The notes beneath the pieces were generated by a model. The model was not told the DNA's origin. It saw only the letters and a program-made list of their open reading frames with translations, and ran no database searches. Source: Aplysia californica (Eukaryota). From it: a stretch of 64,000 bases of DNA. Position numbers and translations under genes: made by a program. The stretch is taken from NCBI RefSeq assembly GCF_000002075.1, contig NW_004797657.1:648728-712727 (forward strand), read 5' to 3'. This document shows positions 26,301 through 60,515 of the stretch, one piece after another. Numbering within the stretch: position 1 is the stretch's first letter; each line of letters begins with the position of its first letter.

Positions 26301-29300
26301 GGGATCAAGAAGATAGTAGTAGCTGTACACAATCACGTGAGCTTGACCCATCTGTGGAGAAGTTAAGAGTGACCGAGTGTTGGAGTTAAGTTTAGTTTGA
26401 GTTTGAGTAAAGTAAAGGGCATTCACATAATAACAGTCACTTAATGGTAGGAGTGAACAAGAGAGCCATCACATCACATAAAGAAGTAGAACCTACCAGT
26501 GGCATCTTCCAGCCACCTGCAGAGTGAGTATGGGCATGTACATATTTATTTCATCAAAATTTTGAGAAAAGAATTAAATTAACACAGCACACTGTTAGAT
26601 TGAAACAAGAAACAATTCTACTGGTCCAACGAGTAGCAATTCTTATAATTTACCTCACATGTGAGAAGCTTTAATGGCCTGATAACTCTAAAACGTTACC
26701 ATATTACATTTCCTCATACATTCCCTTAAAATATGATTACATTTGAACTGTTTGTCTCATCTTGCCAGGTTACCATATTTAAAGATTTTAAAATAATCAC
26801 AGAAATCATCACCAAATTTGACAACAGCACAAGCGCATTCTCAAGTTGCTGAATGGAATGTTGACATCACAATCATTACAAAAGGGAGTTTGTAATCAGC
26901 TATACAAGAAACAGTAAGTCTGGCATACTCCAAGTTTCAGAAATTATAGAGATTTTGGTAAAAGTGGCAAGCCAAGTTACAAAACAATCAAAATCACCAA
27001 ACCATATCCCACTACAATAGAGGCAGCAAAAAAAGATTACAGTTTAAAGTGTTTGTTTACAGCTCCGGTCATAATTATTTCCAGCTCGAGGTCGTTATTT
27101 ACAACTCAAGGACAATACTTATGGCTTATGGTCATGATAAAATTTACAACTTGAGGACTTTACTTACGGCATGTCTGGCAAGAAAGTAAGGGCACCATCC
27201 AGCCTGTCGGCCTAACTGGCGTAGATCATCCTGTGGAGAACCATATAAATGGGAAATATAATATCACCTCAGAGAGTCATTCCTTTGTTTTTGTTAAGTA
27301 TTGGTTCGGTCTGTTTTTCATATCTACACTCTGCAAAATGTACCCATCTGCATTCACTATGATTGAAACAAAAATGTCAAAGCTTCACAGCTAAAAAGGA
27401 AACTATTAATAATATCAAGCCCTGTCCAATACCCTTTATTCATAGACAAGTCCTCTGTTTTCCCAAATGTCAATTTTTTTTCATAGAAATACATAATAGC
27501 TATCATAGGACCCTTTTCTAGCAGTAATAAACTATTCTAATAAACACTACAGGTATTGCGACCACAATTCTAAATTTCTCATGAATTCTTTCGAAGTGTA
27601 TCTCGTATCTAATATGGTCGCTTTTAAGCACAACAGGGTTATCCAGAAAAAAGCTGTTTTGAGAAAATCGAAGGTAAAGTTCTTGCCCCTTGTTCAGTTC
27701 CTTCAAAAGACAGGGAGAGTTTTCTCTATAAACAAACAAATATACAAACTAATGAAACCAAACTTCTCTTATAGGTAGGGCAATGCCCACTTTTGGAAAC
27801 CACCGAAATCTGGGTTAGCCCACTTGTCCTCAAAAGCGACCATATTCTCATTACCTTCCCTCCACCCCCAACCACAACCCAAACAACCCAAAAACCATGT
27901 GTCTCAATTTCTCTTATGACACTTTCAATGAACCAACCAAATAGGTTAATAAGAAAAAAAATGCAAAGATAGTGGGAAGGATCTCAATACAATAAGCATC
28001 ACATAACGATAGCAAAAACAACTCACAAGTCCATAAACGCCAGGAGCCAAAGGTGTCTCGCGACCATGGGCATCAAAGTTCTGTTGAAAACAAACAGTTA
28101 ACAATAATAACTTCAGTAGAAGGGAAGAAGGTATTTTTTTGTATTTTGAAACATCATGTCTGTAATGAAATCAGCAGTCTGAAAGGCTCTCTGCTTGACA
28201 AAACAGAAATGGCCAGCCAGCTTAAGAGTATCAGACCAAAATATGTGAGGAAAAAGAGAAGCACCAATAACTGAAAGAATTAAAGAAATAAGTAACATAA
28301 CCCTTTTCTTTTTTTTTCTTCTCAAACTCGAACTCAGAGGAAGTTGAATTGTTATGCAGATAGCCACTTTTCCTATTCAGTGTTGTTTATCTTGGACAGT
28401 GTCATTATAACAAAATAAAAAGCAAGGGGTTAAGTGAGAAGTGATCTTTTCAACTGGTGATTGATTTGGACAGGTAGCTGTTAACTTAAAGCAGGTTTGA
28501 CTGTATATTTTGGTTTGGGAGGCAAGCATCCTACCTCCAGGCTAATGAGCCACCCCAAGAGGAACGGAAAACTAAGCATCCATACCTCATAGAAGTCGCA
28601 GATTGGCACATTGGAGTTGGTCTTGTGCCGGTTGCGAACAAAAGACGCTGTCAGCTGATGGCATCGGCCGTCTACAACTTTTCCATCTCTCTCTTGGCTC
28701 ACCTGCAGGAATCATTATGAACTCATTACGCATTTTGCTACACGTTTGAAAAAAAAATACACAGATAGTAGTTTTAAGATTGGTCCATTTATTCCAACAA
28801 CAACAAACTTCATAGTAGGGAAAGATCAGAGGTCAGTTTGGCGAGTATTTCTTTACTTCCATCACAGTTTTTATTTGCCTGTCTCAAACAGTTGTGCCCA
28901 TATTATAAGCTTAAGTCCGTAATTACTGACATCTGCACTGTGATAATTATAATAATCATCAAATAGTGTTGTTTGTATCATTATCACCAACATTTTCATT
29001 AGCATTACAAAGTTATTATCAAGATTATTTGACTGCCTTACACTAGACCTGTCATCCCCCTCCCCCCACCCCATAACAATATTAGACACAATCTGCTTGT
29101 AACCTACCTCTGGGTGGACACACATGTTTTTCCTGGAGCTGAGAGCCAGACCCACAAAGTTGGGCACCTCCCCTGTCTCCTGTATGTAGTAATCTATCAG
29201 ACCTCGCATCTCCTCCACAACCTGGAAAAGAAGAAAAAATACAACTGCAATCACAATGTCCGACCAAAAACATGACTCACGCAAATCACACTGTTCACGA

Positions 29301-32300
29301 GGCAAACATTTCTTATAGTATAAGTTATAGTCATGCAGAAAGGAGAATACAGAGCCCAAGTGTCTTACAGTGACACAAAAAGAAAACTTAATTACGTAAG
29401 AGTCTGTAATAGTGATTTAATGTAAACAGAAGTTACTTGTGGCAAGAAAGGCATGAAAACATGAGAGTATTGAGAGACAACAAGATTAATGAATTTCTAG
29501 AAATGATGAAGGGAAAAAAAATCTGTAACATGACATCAAAACATGCTGCATTTACGCTATCCGAAAAGAAGTGACTGAGAGGGAGGTTGAAAAATTAAGT
29601 GCAACAAATCCAATAAAAATAGTACACTAAACTAAATATCTCCCTCTAAGCTCTCAAAGTAAATATAAAACATAATATAGCTGTCCCTCATCACCACCTA
29701 CATTGTAACACATCACTTTAAATATAAGGGGTCTCTCACAAAAGAAAAAAATTTCACAACTCAACAGAGCAGGACAAAAAATTTGGGTATAGACAGTCAC
29801 TTTTGAATGTCAAATACCCTGTGTTCCTCATAAAAAAAGAGACTGATGTTAAATTGAACAGGCAAAACAAACAAACAAATTCTCTTTAGACACTCAATTC
29901 TACTGTTCATTAATCATACACAATGGGACTTCAAAAACAAAAATCATTCATAACTCAATGTGATCTCTTGTCTCACCCATTTTTCTACTTCTATCAAGTC
30001 TAAAAATAATGATCATTTACTCAACACATCTAATATGATCAAGACTCCTTTGTGTCCTCCTCTTCTCTTTCCCCTTAATTCCTTGCCAAAGACACACACA
30101 ATAATAGATAGCATAATTTGCATAGCGCTAATTCCCACTCAATGCGCTTTATAATCTGTACTATCATTACCCCAGCAGACCTGATAGGATTCTGAAACAA
30201 TCTCATCTTCCTGGGAAGCATACAGGGCAAGCTGTCATTTTACAGGCACTAAAACACTAATACACTAACAAGTTTTTTTACTTTGTATTGTCAGGTACCC
30301 ATTCCCACCTGGGTGAAGTGAAGAAAATTTATGTAAACAACCGTTCCCAAGGACACAACATGGAACCTGAGGCTCGAACCCTCAAACCCACAACCTAACG
30401 ATTACGAGTCTGGTAGCCTAACTACTAGACCACCTACGAAATACAAATACTTACATTTCCCTTATCTTTATTTTCCTACTTCATGATTATAAAAAAAACT
30501 ATCACTGACATGAGTAGAAGTAATAAAAACTTATGAAACAGTAAAAAAATTACCTTTTCCAATTCAGGAACTGTACGGGAACAATAGATCATTTTCGTAA
30601 CATCCAATGGATTCACCTAAGGAAATAAAATGTCAGCTAAACAATTCATTGCACAGGCAACCAAGAATTTCATTTGAACTTATTACAATATAATGCTGAA
30701 TAAGGTTCTCAAGAGCACAACAACCGACAAGCAATACATAATAACCTTGAACATTATGTCAGTGTTGCTGTTTCATCAGTAAGGATGATTTAATTCTTTG
30801 TGCAATATAATTAAGATTCTCTCTCTCTCTCTGTGTTAATATCTATTCTATTATGTGTTTGTGTATATTCATGGCAATATTTCTTTTGTGTTCTGAAGAT
30901 AAAACTTATTTAAAACTATACAGACAAATAAAACTTAATATTGGGTCAGTAATCAGAAAATAGTACATGGATTCTTTCCTCATCTGTCAAATGCCATGAT
31001 GCTATCATGAATGCTAAGCATATTATACAGCATAGATTTAGATGCCTTCATGATGACCCCTTGAAAGGAACATTGCCAGCTAAAACTGCTGCAAGTGCAG
31101 AACTATATAAAGAAACTGGAGGGCCTTCACTCACAGGACTTATGCATTTTCCTGTGTGACAGGAATCTCTGTCTAGAGAAGGAAATAAATTTATAGAAGG
31201 AGCTCATTCCACTGAGAGGCAACAAGAAAATTTGCCATATTTAAGCACTCACCCTCATGTAGGCAATGATGAGAGAGAGGAGTGAGACTGTCTTCCCTGT
31301 CCCAGAGGGCATCTCCAGCACACAATGACCCTGCGAAAGTAAACAACAATTTAGTTTAGATTTAGTAAGAGTTTTACAGCACTTGCAACACAATGAGGTC
31401 ATATAAGTGCCAATGAATAGAGGTGTAATAGGGAGTAACAAACACAAAAAAGAAGGAGGGGAGAGATAGAGACAATAGACGTTTGAAAGGAAAGAAGAAG
31501 CAAACCACACCAGAGCACCCATCAACCACCCACAAACCACAATTTGCAATTGGAAAAACACAATAAAAAATTAAATAAACACTTACAAGCATCACAAAGA
31601 TACAACACGTACATACTGACTAATAATAAGCACACATAAAATTACCACAAAGATGAAGGCTAAAGATGAAAGAAGTTGAGAGAAAAATAGAATAGTGTTA
31701 GGAATTAGTAAATAAAGAGCAAAAATTTTAGGTCACTCTATGCGAGGAGTTGGGAATGAGGGTTGTCCTGCCCCCCAAGACAGCCTGGCGGGGATCAAGA
31801 GTAAGCGCCAAACAAAACCAAAAAAAACACACTTAACACTTAGACTAATACGCACATTATTTTCAACATCAGAGCATCATCATTGTCATTGTCACCGTAA
31901 ACAATCATCATCATCATGATCACCCTCACCATCACCACCGACTAAACAATTCCCCTTTTTCTTGTTTCGTTTTTCTAGAAAACATAACAATTTGCACTGT
32001 CAATACATTTTTATGTAACCAACAAATATGGGAACCAAAATCAGGACACGGGGAAAAAAAAAAGGAAAAAAAAAAGGAGGACAGAAAGGCAATGGAAAAA
32101 AAGAGGTGTATTACTATCAGTATAAGATGGTATCATCTATCAATTACATTGTCTTGGTTGTCTGTGAACATTTCTCATTCATCCAGTTTATTTTTCTCTT
32201 TCTCTCACTTTCCCATTTCTACTCTCACTCCTTGTTTTTCCTCTCTTCCTTTCCTTCTTCTCCCTCTCTTTTGCTCTGTATGACAAGACATTTCTGAAAT

Positions 32301-33767
32301 TTCTGAATTACCCCGGTCAAGGACTCACCTTAGCATCGAGAGCTTTCTTTAGTTCCTGCATGTACAGGAACTGCTCCGGGTAGATATAGTCATACGGGAA
32401 GTAAACAAGTAGGCCATCAACATTGAGCCTGAAAAAGTCAGAGAAACACAACATCATGTTATTATTTGTATGTACATCAAAAAGATCAGATAAATCTGTG
32501 ATCAGCATAAAATTATTTAACAGTTCAATAAAATCCTTTTTACTATATATATATGGTGTTTTAAACCTGAATAATTACTAAATCTAGATCTAATGAGACT
32601 TGTTTTCTAATATTAATAGGCCCTAAAACTAAGATAATGATGGCTGAATTGTAAATGAAATTTGGAAGAGGCTAGCCGTACTTAATGACGGCTAGACTAC
32701 TTATTCTAAATATGTTGGCAAGACTGACCATTTAAAAAAAAATAGGCCTACTGAATTGTAAATATAAATTTTTAGTGTGCAGTACCTAAAGTATTTGTAC
32801 TTGAGACGAATCCAGGTGCCTTAATGACTGTGCAAGTATTTTAAACCTCAAGTTTTCTAATGTTAATAGGGCCTAAGATAAGTACGGCTAGACTGGCAGT
32901 CTAGCCGTACCAGAGAGTTTACAGTAATACTAGAGAGACAGCACTTCGCCCGGATGCGCGTATCTGGGTCACCAGCTGATCGTGGAGAAACGCGCGGTAA
33001 ACAAAACAAACTGCGTCCGTTGTTCAAGGCATTTACGTTGATTGCAGACAAGCATGGCCGCGGTTAGCACGAAATGTCAATGGCGTTCTACTATAAACTG
33101 CACCTATTAGAATTAAAATCTGAGTTTCTTTCGATTTCCAAAGGATGACGAATATATTTTGATGAATAGAAAAATTTAGATAAAAATAATGACAACGTGA
33201 TTGTGGTCCTATCAGACTGATACTCCATGCAAAAACTCAACACACGTCAGCTTTGTTACATCAGCTATAAATAGGGTTGTTGTTTTTTTTCCTGTGTAAA
33301 TGCCCACATTGAGCTTGCATTCTACTACTACTAGTGAAAGATATGTTACCTGGATCTGCGAAAAGATGTCTAAATACAAAGTGCAATCGATCGGTTTTGC
33401 TATTTTCTTTGTCCGATTACCACTTTTTTTTGGGGGGGGGGATGGGATGGGAGATGGAAGGTGTTGGGGATCCTATTAAACTCCTTAAGTGGTACATCTA
33501 TCGCTTCATGTGCTTTTCCATGATCTGAAATTATGAGNNNNNNNNNNNNNNNNNNNNNNNNNNNNNNNNNNNNNNNNNNNNNNNNNNNNNNNNNNNNNNN
33601 NNNNNNNNNNNNNNNNNNNNNNNNNNNNNNNNNNNNNNNNNNNNNNNNNNNNNNNNNNNNNNNNNNNNNNNNNNNNNNNNNNNNNNNNNNNNNNATATAT
33701 AGACAGATTGACACATGTATAGACAGAGCGAGAGAGGGGAGACAGAGAGACAGAGAAAGGGAGACAG

Positions 33768-33834
<67 letters not shown>

Positions 33835-36251
33835 CAGACAGACCGACAGACAGACAGGGGGAGAGAGGAGGGAGAAAGAGAGACACTGAGAGAGAAAAAG
33901 AGACAGGGGGAGAAAAAAAGACAGACAGACAGACAGACCGACAGAGAGGGAGAGAGAGATGACAGAGGGACACTGGAGAACGAGTAGATTTGCCGATTAT
34001 TCCTTTATTTACGGTGATATTATTTTTTCAGATCTATAGAGACGAAGTAATGTATCTGCGTCTATTTGATTATTAGAATGTATGTTAACTTAAAGGTCGA
34101 GGGAGGTGGGGTTGCCTAAAATATGCGATAGAAATCACAGGCCTCCTTCTTTGTTAAAGTTAAAGGCCTAGTAACCTAGTGAACTAACTACAGACGGTAC
34201 TACATTTTCTCATGACATGACAGCTTCCCTGAGCATCGCCGTGGCAGCGATCACCGCGCGTAAGTGTTTTCGCGCCCCGCGCCGGGCGATACGCGATACA
34301 ATGCACTGTTGTTATGGAGCGCCGCCACGAGTGTCACCTCTCTATTACTGTAAACCCTCTCTGGCCGTACTTAAGTACGGGTAGACAGCCAGGCTAGCCG
34401 TACTTAAGGACGGCTAGACTGTCAGGCTAGCCGTACTTAATATTGATGGCTGAATTGTAAATGAATTTTTTAGTTTGCAATGCCTAAAGTATTTGTACTT
34501 CAGACAAAACCAAAAGGTGCCTTACTGACTTGCATGTATTTGAACCTGAATAATTATTTGATCTAGATCTAGATCTAGGTCTAAATCTAATGAGACCTGT
34601 GTACTTAACTGGCTTGAGTCGATAGGGCCAAACCTAGATCTAGATCTAAGTACGGCTTAGACTGGCACTCGATCTAGATCTAGATATGAAAGTGGCTATT
34701 CTCACCCGCCCGGAAGTTCTCGCAAGATCAACTCCTCCCCTCTTCTCTCTCTCTCTCTGTCTCTTTCTGAATACTGTTTATCGGTGTGGACGATCAAATT
34801 GACCAAAACAAAGTTTAAAAAATGATGTTAAAACACAAAAGTAAATTAATTTGGTTGTCTACATAGATGCTACGGCTATTTAACTTTTCGAATCGAGGCG
34901 AACTACGCGGGTCGCCATTTTGTTTTGCCAGGAAATTCTCGCGCTACTCCTCTCTCTCTTTCTCTCTCTCTCTCCACTGCCCACAGACAAAATTGTACGC
35001 TTTTAGAGTAATATTACCGGTTCGGTCAAAATAAGGACGAAAACAGGCACGTCGACTTTAAAGCTTTATATCTCCTATCTGCCTTGCCCTAGAGACAAAC
35101 CGAAACCAGCTACAGGAAGTCATGTGATTGGATGACCCCAGAAATGACCTGTTTCAGCTTGTTCTCATGTTTGAGGCCCTAACTGGGTGCAAAAGTGACG
35201 CCCGATTTATTTACGAGTTCGGTCGCATTTTTTTGGTTTTCTCATGGATTCGGGCAGTATTTTGACATTCGGTCATTTTCAATTATTATCACATTTGTTT
35301 CTTTGCAAGCTTAATAACATGATTTTTAATGTTTGTTATCAACACTTGCACACAATGATAGTTTGTCTAAAGTGGTATTCACCATTTATAGCTATTTTAA
35401 TGAGTATGTATCTAACCCACTCTACTACGTGGTATCTGACTCTACTACACTGGCATCTGGCTCACTCAACTACACTGGATCTGACTCGGCTACACTGATA
35501 TCCGACTGTATTACACACTGGTATCTGACTCTATTACACTGGTGTCTGACTGAGTTAATATGCTGTATCTGACTCTACTATTATTTTTAAATTATGCACA
35601 AATTCTTTATTCTTTGTTATATAACCATTGGCTCTATATTATCTTATGTGCCCGAAGGATGAGAAACTACGGATTTTATGTTACAATCCGGGCACCCCCC
35701 CTTTGGGCAAAAACGGCGAGACTAAACGGCAAATTCTCTTTCATCCTTGACAGGGCCTCATATGCAAATAACACTCCAGCCTTCAGAGTCTACCAAAACG
35801 TAGAATCTAGGTCACAGGCTCCTTCATCCACAACCAATGTTAACTCTTCCGGGGAAAGAGCTTCACGCTGTTTTGCTCAGTTGATGAAGAAAAAGCTGTC
35901 TTAAACTTAAGGACTCTATTTTTAGCAAAATATCGCCGTAACTGTTGTTTCAACGAAAGTAAGGGAGGTTGATTTAGGTTTGTGTGCCACTCTTTTGCTG
36001 CCCGAACCGGTACGATTACTCTAGATTCTAGTAGGCTACAGTTGTAATGGAACGTTTGTTCACGGCACAGAATTCTACAATTTTTCTGTTATCACAGTGT
36101 AGAATTCTGTGGTTTAGGGTGCACGCAAAATTTGGTGAACGCGCACCGGGTGAGAATAGCCACAAGACTCGCCTGCACTATTCTCAATAGAGGTGACTTA
36201 GCCTAAACCTTGAAACAAGATCAGCATTTCAATAATTTTTACTTACTTCAT
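14341..36251 (-). CDS. ERCC2: TFIIH/NER helicase XPD (ERCC2); partial in this window (aa 1-555 equivalent, one internal exon not found)
   Basis: GT-AG exons: 36251-36247, 32428-32329, 31330-31253, 30616-30554, 29221-29108, 28702-28586, 28080-28027, 27230-27168, 26351-26228, 25388-25292, [134-nt exon missing], 24358-24190, 23655-23537, 22371-22232, 20488-20387, 19148-19085, 18568-18477, 14370-14341. Motifs: [21 protein letters not shown], Walker [10 protein letters not shown], four Fe-S cysteines, VFDEAHN, TSGTLSPL. Most exon sizes equal human ERCC2 as recalled. Confidence 0.95.
16250..16610 (+). mobile_element. Degenerate RTE-clade LINE 3' fragment nested in the Sola element
   Basis: [29 protein letters not shown]...KQWRWIG, typical of the RTE ORF C-terminus; ATGATGA tail remnant near 16604. 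Confidence 0.75.
16967..17043. repeat. (CT)n microsatellite
   Basis: Directly visible. Confidence 0.95.
19441..19660 (-). mobile_element. tRNA-derived SINE
   Basis: - strand head with A-box TAGCCTAGTGG and B-box GGTTCGAGCC, then a CORE-like GTGTCCTTGGGAAAAGGCACTTTAC. A related copy lies at ~30190-30437. Confidence 0.75.
20983..21828. mobile_element. Non-autonomous DNA transposon with ~40-bp TIRs, unclassified
   Basis: TGCCTGGTGAAAGGTACCAAATGATGCATTT (20994-21024) matches the reverse complement of AAATGCATCTTTTGGTACCTTATACCAGGCA (21787-21817); CpG-rich interior. Confidence 0.7.
22500..22870 (+). mobile_element. Degenerate RTE (BovB-like) LINE fragment
   Basis: [31 protein letters not shown] and [14 protein letters not shown] segments, separated by frameshifts. 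Confidence 0.75.
25704..26040 (+). mobile_element. 5'-truncated RTE-clade LINE, relatively young
   Basis: Open frame [16 protein letters not shown]...[12 protein letters not shown]...[18 protein letters not shown]...AQDRDKW*, a (GAT)n tail, and 8-bp TSD ACTTTTCA at 25696-25703 and 26041-26048. Confidence 0.9.
30190..30437 (-). mobile_element. tRNA-derived SINE (same head/core family as 19441-19660)
   Basis: Shares CCCAAGGACACAA...TGAGGCTCGAACCC...ACGAGTC.GGTAGCC with the 19.5 kb copy. Confidence 0.7.
33538..33694. other. Assembly gap (157 N)
   Basis: Run of N next to a long GA repeat. Confidence 1.
33720..33970. repeat. (GA)n/(GACA)n microsatellite
   Basis: Directly visible. Confidence 0.95.
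35004..36023. mobile_element. Inner inverted-repeat element (nested MITE) carrying a 21-bp minisatellite
   Basis: TAGAGTAATATTACCGGTTCGGTCA at the left end versus TAGAGTAATCGTACCGGTTCGGGCA as reverse complement of the right end. Confidence 0.65.
35420..35582. repeat. ~21-bp minisatellite (TGGTATCTGACTCTACTACAC), about 7 diverged copies
   Basis: Directly visible tandem units. Confidence 0.85.
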
Positions 36252-36749
36252 TGTCCAATTTTTATTTTCTTTCGCTTACGAAAGCAAAATAATGCAGGAC
36301 ACCAAAGCAGCTTTTGGAATCAGATCAAAGACCAACACACTCTTTTTGCATGGACTGTATTCAATATCGAAACTTCAGCACTTTCGTTTTTCTCAACCGG
36401 AAGCCGGAAGTATTGATTGTAGATTTTGCTCATTTGTAAGAAAAAATCATTTATATATACAAATTGGGAAATCCCGGAATGATGTGTCCACATTGGAGGA
36501 AAAAGCATTTCCAAAAAAAAACTCACCTCACCTTATTTCCCATTCCGTGATTGTATTTCTATTTCGTTTATTTTCCAATACTTCTATGGTGGTGTATGTA
36601 TTTGGAATATTTAGATTAGGTATGACACCAGAGTAGATGCGTGAATAGTAATTCACCAGTTATACAACGAACGGACCAAATCTAGCCACATTTTTCATTA
36701 GCATCTTAAATCTGGATGCAAAGTCAAAAGTCCAGGAACTTGTTTACAA
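36252..36749. promoter_or_regulatory. Bidirectional promoter/5' UTR region shared by ERCC2 and PEX6
   Basis: Divergent ATGs are separated by 498 bp; tandem ETS/GABP-type sites CCGGAAGCCGGAAGT at 36397-36411 and a further CCGGAA at ~36474. Confidence 0.7.
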
Positions 36750-58122
<21,373 letters not shown>

Positions 58123-60515
58123 ACATTGTGTGACAGTAGCTACGGGCTGAGCCACACAGACACAGACAGGAAGGACTTTGTTGTAAAATACATTTTTGAC
58201 ATTTTGGTGAAGCAGCATTGTATTTATAGATGTATAATGCTTTCATGCTCAAGTTGTTTTTTTTAATTTCTTTTCTTCAGATGGATTTTGCTGGTCGGTC
58301 CTACTCTTTCTTCTTTACTCTCCCCCCTGTAATTTCTATCTATCAGTCATATTCTTCTTAGTGCTAATGATCCTTGCCAAGTCAGTGTGTTTTTTTTTAT
58401 TGGCAAGAAACTCGAGCTCTCTTATCTACTGAGATGCACCTTTTTGGAATGTACGGGAACATGTAACATGACATTTTCTTTGTGATTTTCCTAGTTTGCC
58501 TGTTTGTTTTTTGGTTTTCTTTTCTTTGCTTTCTTGACTGAAATGTTTATGACTACTTTCAATCATTCCGTGTGCTAGGTTGTGAATCGGTATTTCTTTC
58601 ATTACTTTTCTTTTGTTCAATTAGCAAATGGAATTTCTGGTGTCTTTTATTGTGAAATAAATGTTTTCTTTCATGTAAGCGGCAATCAAATATTTGTTCT
58701 TCCACAGTTTGACAGTAGAGAGGACTTTCTCTCTGTCATACATTGCTTTTTGCTAATAATTCTTTCAAGATGAAGCTTTTGTATCTTGTTCTTATGATTG
58801 TTCCAGTTTAATAACTTTTCATACTGACAACCAATTTTTTCTTACTGTGCTTATGGGTGAAATTCTGATACGTTATTAACATTAAAGTAGGGCTCAAATA
58901 ATATATGTAGCTTCAGCTTTAATGTTACATGGACATACTTCTTAGACATAAAATTCTATATAAAAGGCTTAGCCCCTGTGAGAATGTAAGGTATATTTGG
59001 TACATTTAGTTTAGTGTACAAAAGATTTTCTATATTTTTTGGTACAAGTTTTTGCGTCTCTTTTGATATAAGATTGATTAAAATATAGGACCTAGAATTT
59101 ATTAATCCATCCTTGAAAGTAGGCTTTTGGTCCAAATGGATGGAGAGCCTTCAGGACGCTTAATACACATTAAGTTTAGTGAGGAAGTGTTCTGGATTCA
59201 GTCCAGGCTCTGTGACACCACGGTGTGGTGTAAATATTGTTTGGAAACTTTCTTCCTCAGCTAATCATTTTACATGTTAGACTAGTCATCTCTTATGTTT
59301 GTGTGAAAGTTTGACATTCTCCAAGGTATATTGAGAAGTTGTCTCATTTACAGAATTTTTGTCTGTTTCAGGTTGTCCTTCATTTTTCAATGTTTTCTGG
59401 CAGCCTTCGATGTGCAATATTGAAAAGTGGCTACGTTTCTCTTCATTTGAAACTGCTTTCCAATTTTGTGTTTCACAAACAGATATCTTTGTTTGTGGGG
59501 GTTTTTTCCTTGTTTGTTTATGACTAAGGGAATGATTATAAATAATTCTTCTTTCAGATTGATGAAAAGTAATTTACTGTAGTTCTTGTTGTTTTGGTTT
59601 TTTTCATTTTAGTTGCTTCCAACACTGAATCTCTCTTTGTGTAAATCAATGTGAGTTATGGGCTTCAATCTGTTATTTTTCAGACTGAGATGTACCTACA
59701 TTCACAACACTATATTTATCATATAGGGGGTTGGGGAGAGATGGGAGGTGTTTTTGCATCTTTTGAGAATGTTACTTGAACGTTATAGTTAGATTTTCTG
59801 TTCTACCCTCTGATTTATTCATGAGTTTAATTAGTCTTGCAAAACTCCTATTGTATATCTGATGGTTTTCAGGATAGATTTAGGTTTAGGTATTTTTCAT
59901 TCATGCTGCTAACCAGACAGTAATAGAGGTTTGTTTTGGGTTTGTTGTTGTTGTTTTTTTTGTAGATTTTGCAATAAGGTTATCTGCCATTAATTTTTGT
60001 TCTTCTTGTGAGACCGATGAACTATTAGTGAGGATGAGAACTGAATGCAGTGGTAACTTGAGTATGATGTACATGTTGTGTGTAATTTGTTGTACTGGCT
60101 GGTCTTAGACAGCTGGTAGAATGTAATAGACTTATCATGATGAAATCAAAATATCCTTGCCTTATTGAATTTCAGTTTCAATATATGTACTTTCCATAGT
60201 TAACAGTGTGACTACGGAAAGGGTTTACCATGGTTACATGACTAGCTGATTATTGCACATTACTTATTTATGTGTATCATAAATCGCGGAGTTTACTTAT
60301 GTTGAAAACATATTGTGTTGTTTTTTAACGAGCTTTCATCTGTAATGATTTTGCTATCTGTTGAAGATATTTTTGTTTCAAGTTATTAATCTCTTATTCA
60401 GAAGGCCTGATTAAAAACCAAGCAAAGTTTCAAAGCAGTTTCGTTGTATTTAATTTATTTCTGCTTTTCATGTGAATTGCATTTCTTTTGAGGTTATTAT
60501 AAATTATAGTAGTAG

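Larger units (their letters stand above)
32911..34363. mobile_element. Non-autonomous P-element-like (or hAT-like) transposon
   Basis: TIRs CAGAGAG(GG)TTTACAGTAATA..GAGAG; exact 7-bp TSD GCCGTAC at 32904-32910 and 34364-34370. Contains the N gap and a GA microsatellite. Confidence 0.75.
32540..34690. repeat. Diverged satellite-like array with palindromic GCTAGCCGTACTTAAGTACGGCTAG units, interrupted by a transposon
   Basis: Blocks GATGGCTGAATTGTAAATGAA, CCTAAAGTATTTGTACTT and AACCTGAATAATTA occur on both sides of the 32911-34363 insertion. Palindromic units at ~32670, 32880, 34364-34440 and 34650. Confidence 0.7.
34692..36163. mobile_element. Putative non-autonomous DNA transposon bounded by a perfect 17-bp inverted repeat
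   Basis: GTGGCTATTCTCACCCG at 34692-34708 and its exact reverse complement at 36147-36163; no clear TSD beyond AA. Confidence 0.6.

Noticed and set aside
33400-33987. ORFs over the N gap and GA repeat, and other microsatellite ORFs (42727, 56282, 60851-61186)
   Set aside because: Artefacts of Ns and dinucleotide repeats.
34880-34918. ATGGCG at 34918 (-) as the XPD start
   Set aside because: Stops after 12 codons with no phase-2 donor; ATGAA|GTAAGT at 36251 matches the conserved MK|L structure.
35420-35582. CRISPR-like appearance of short repeats here and at 53923-54192
   Set aside because: Tandem units lack unique spacers, the context is eukaryotic and no cas genes are present.
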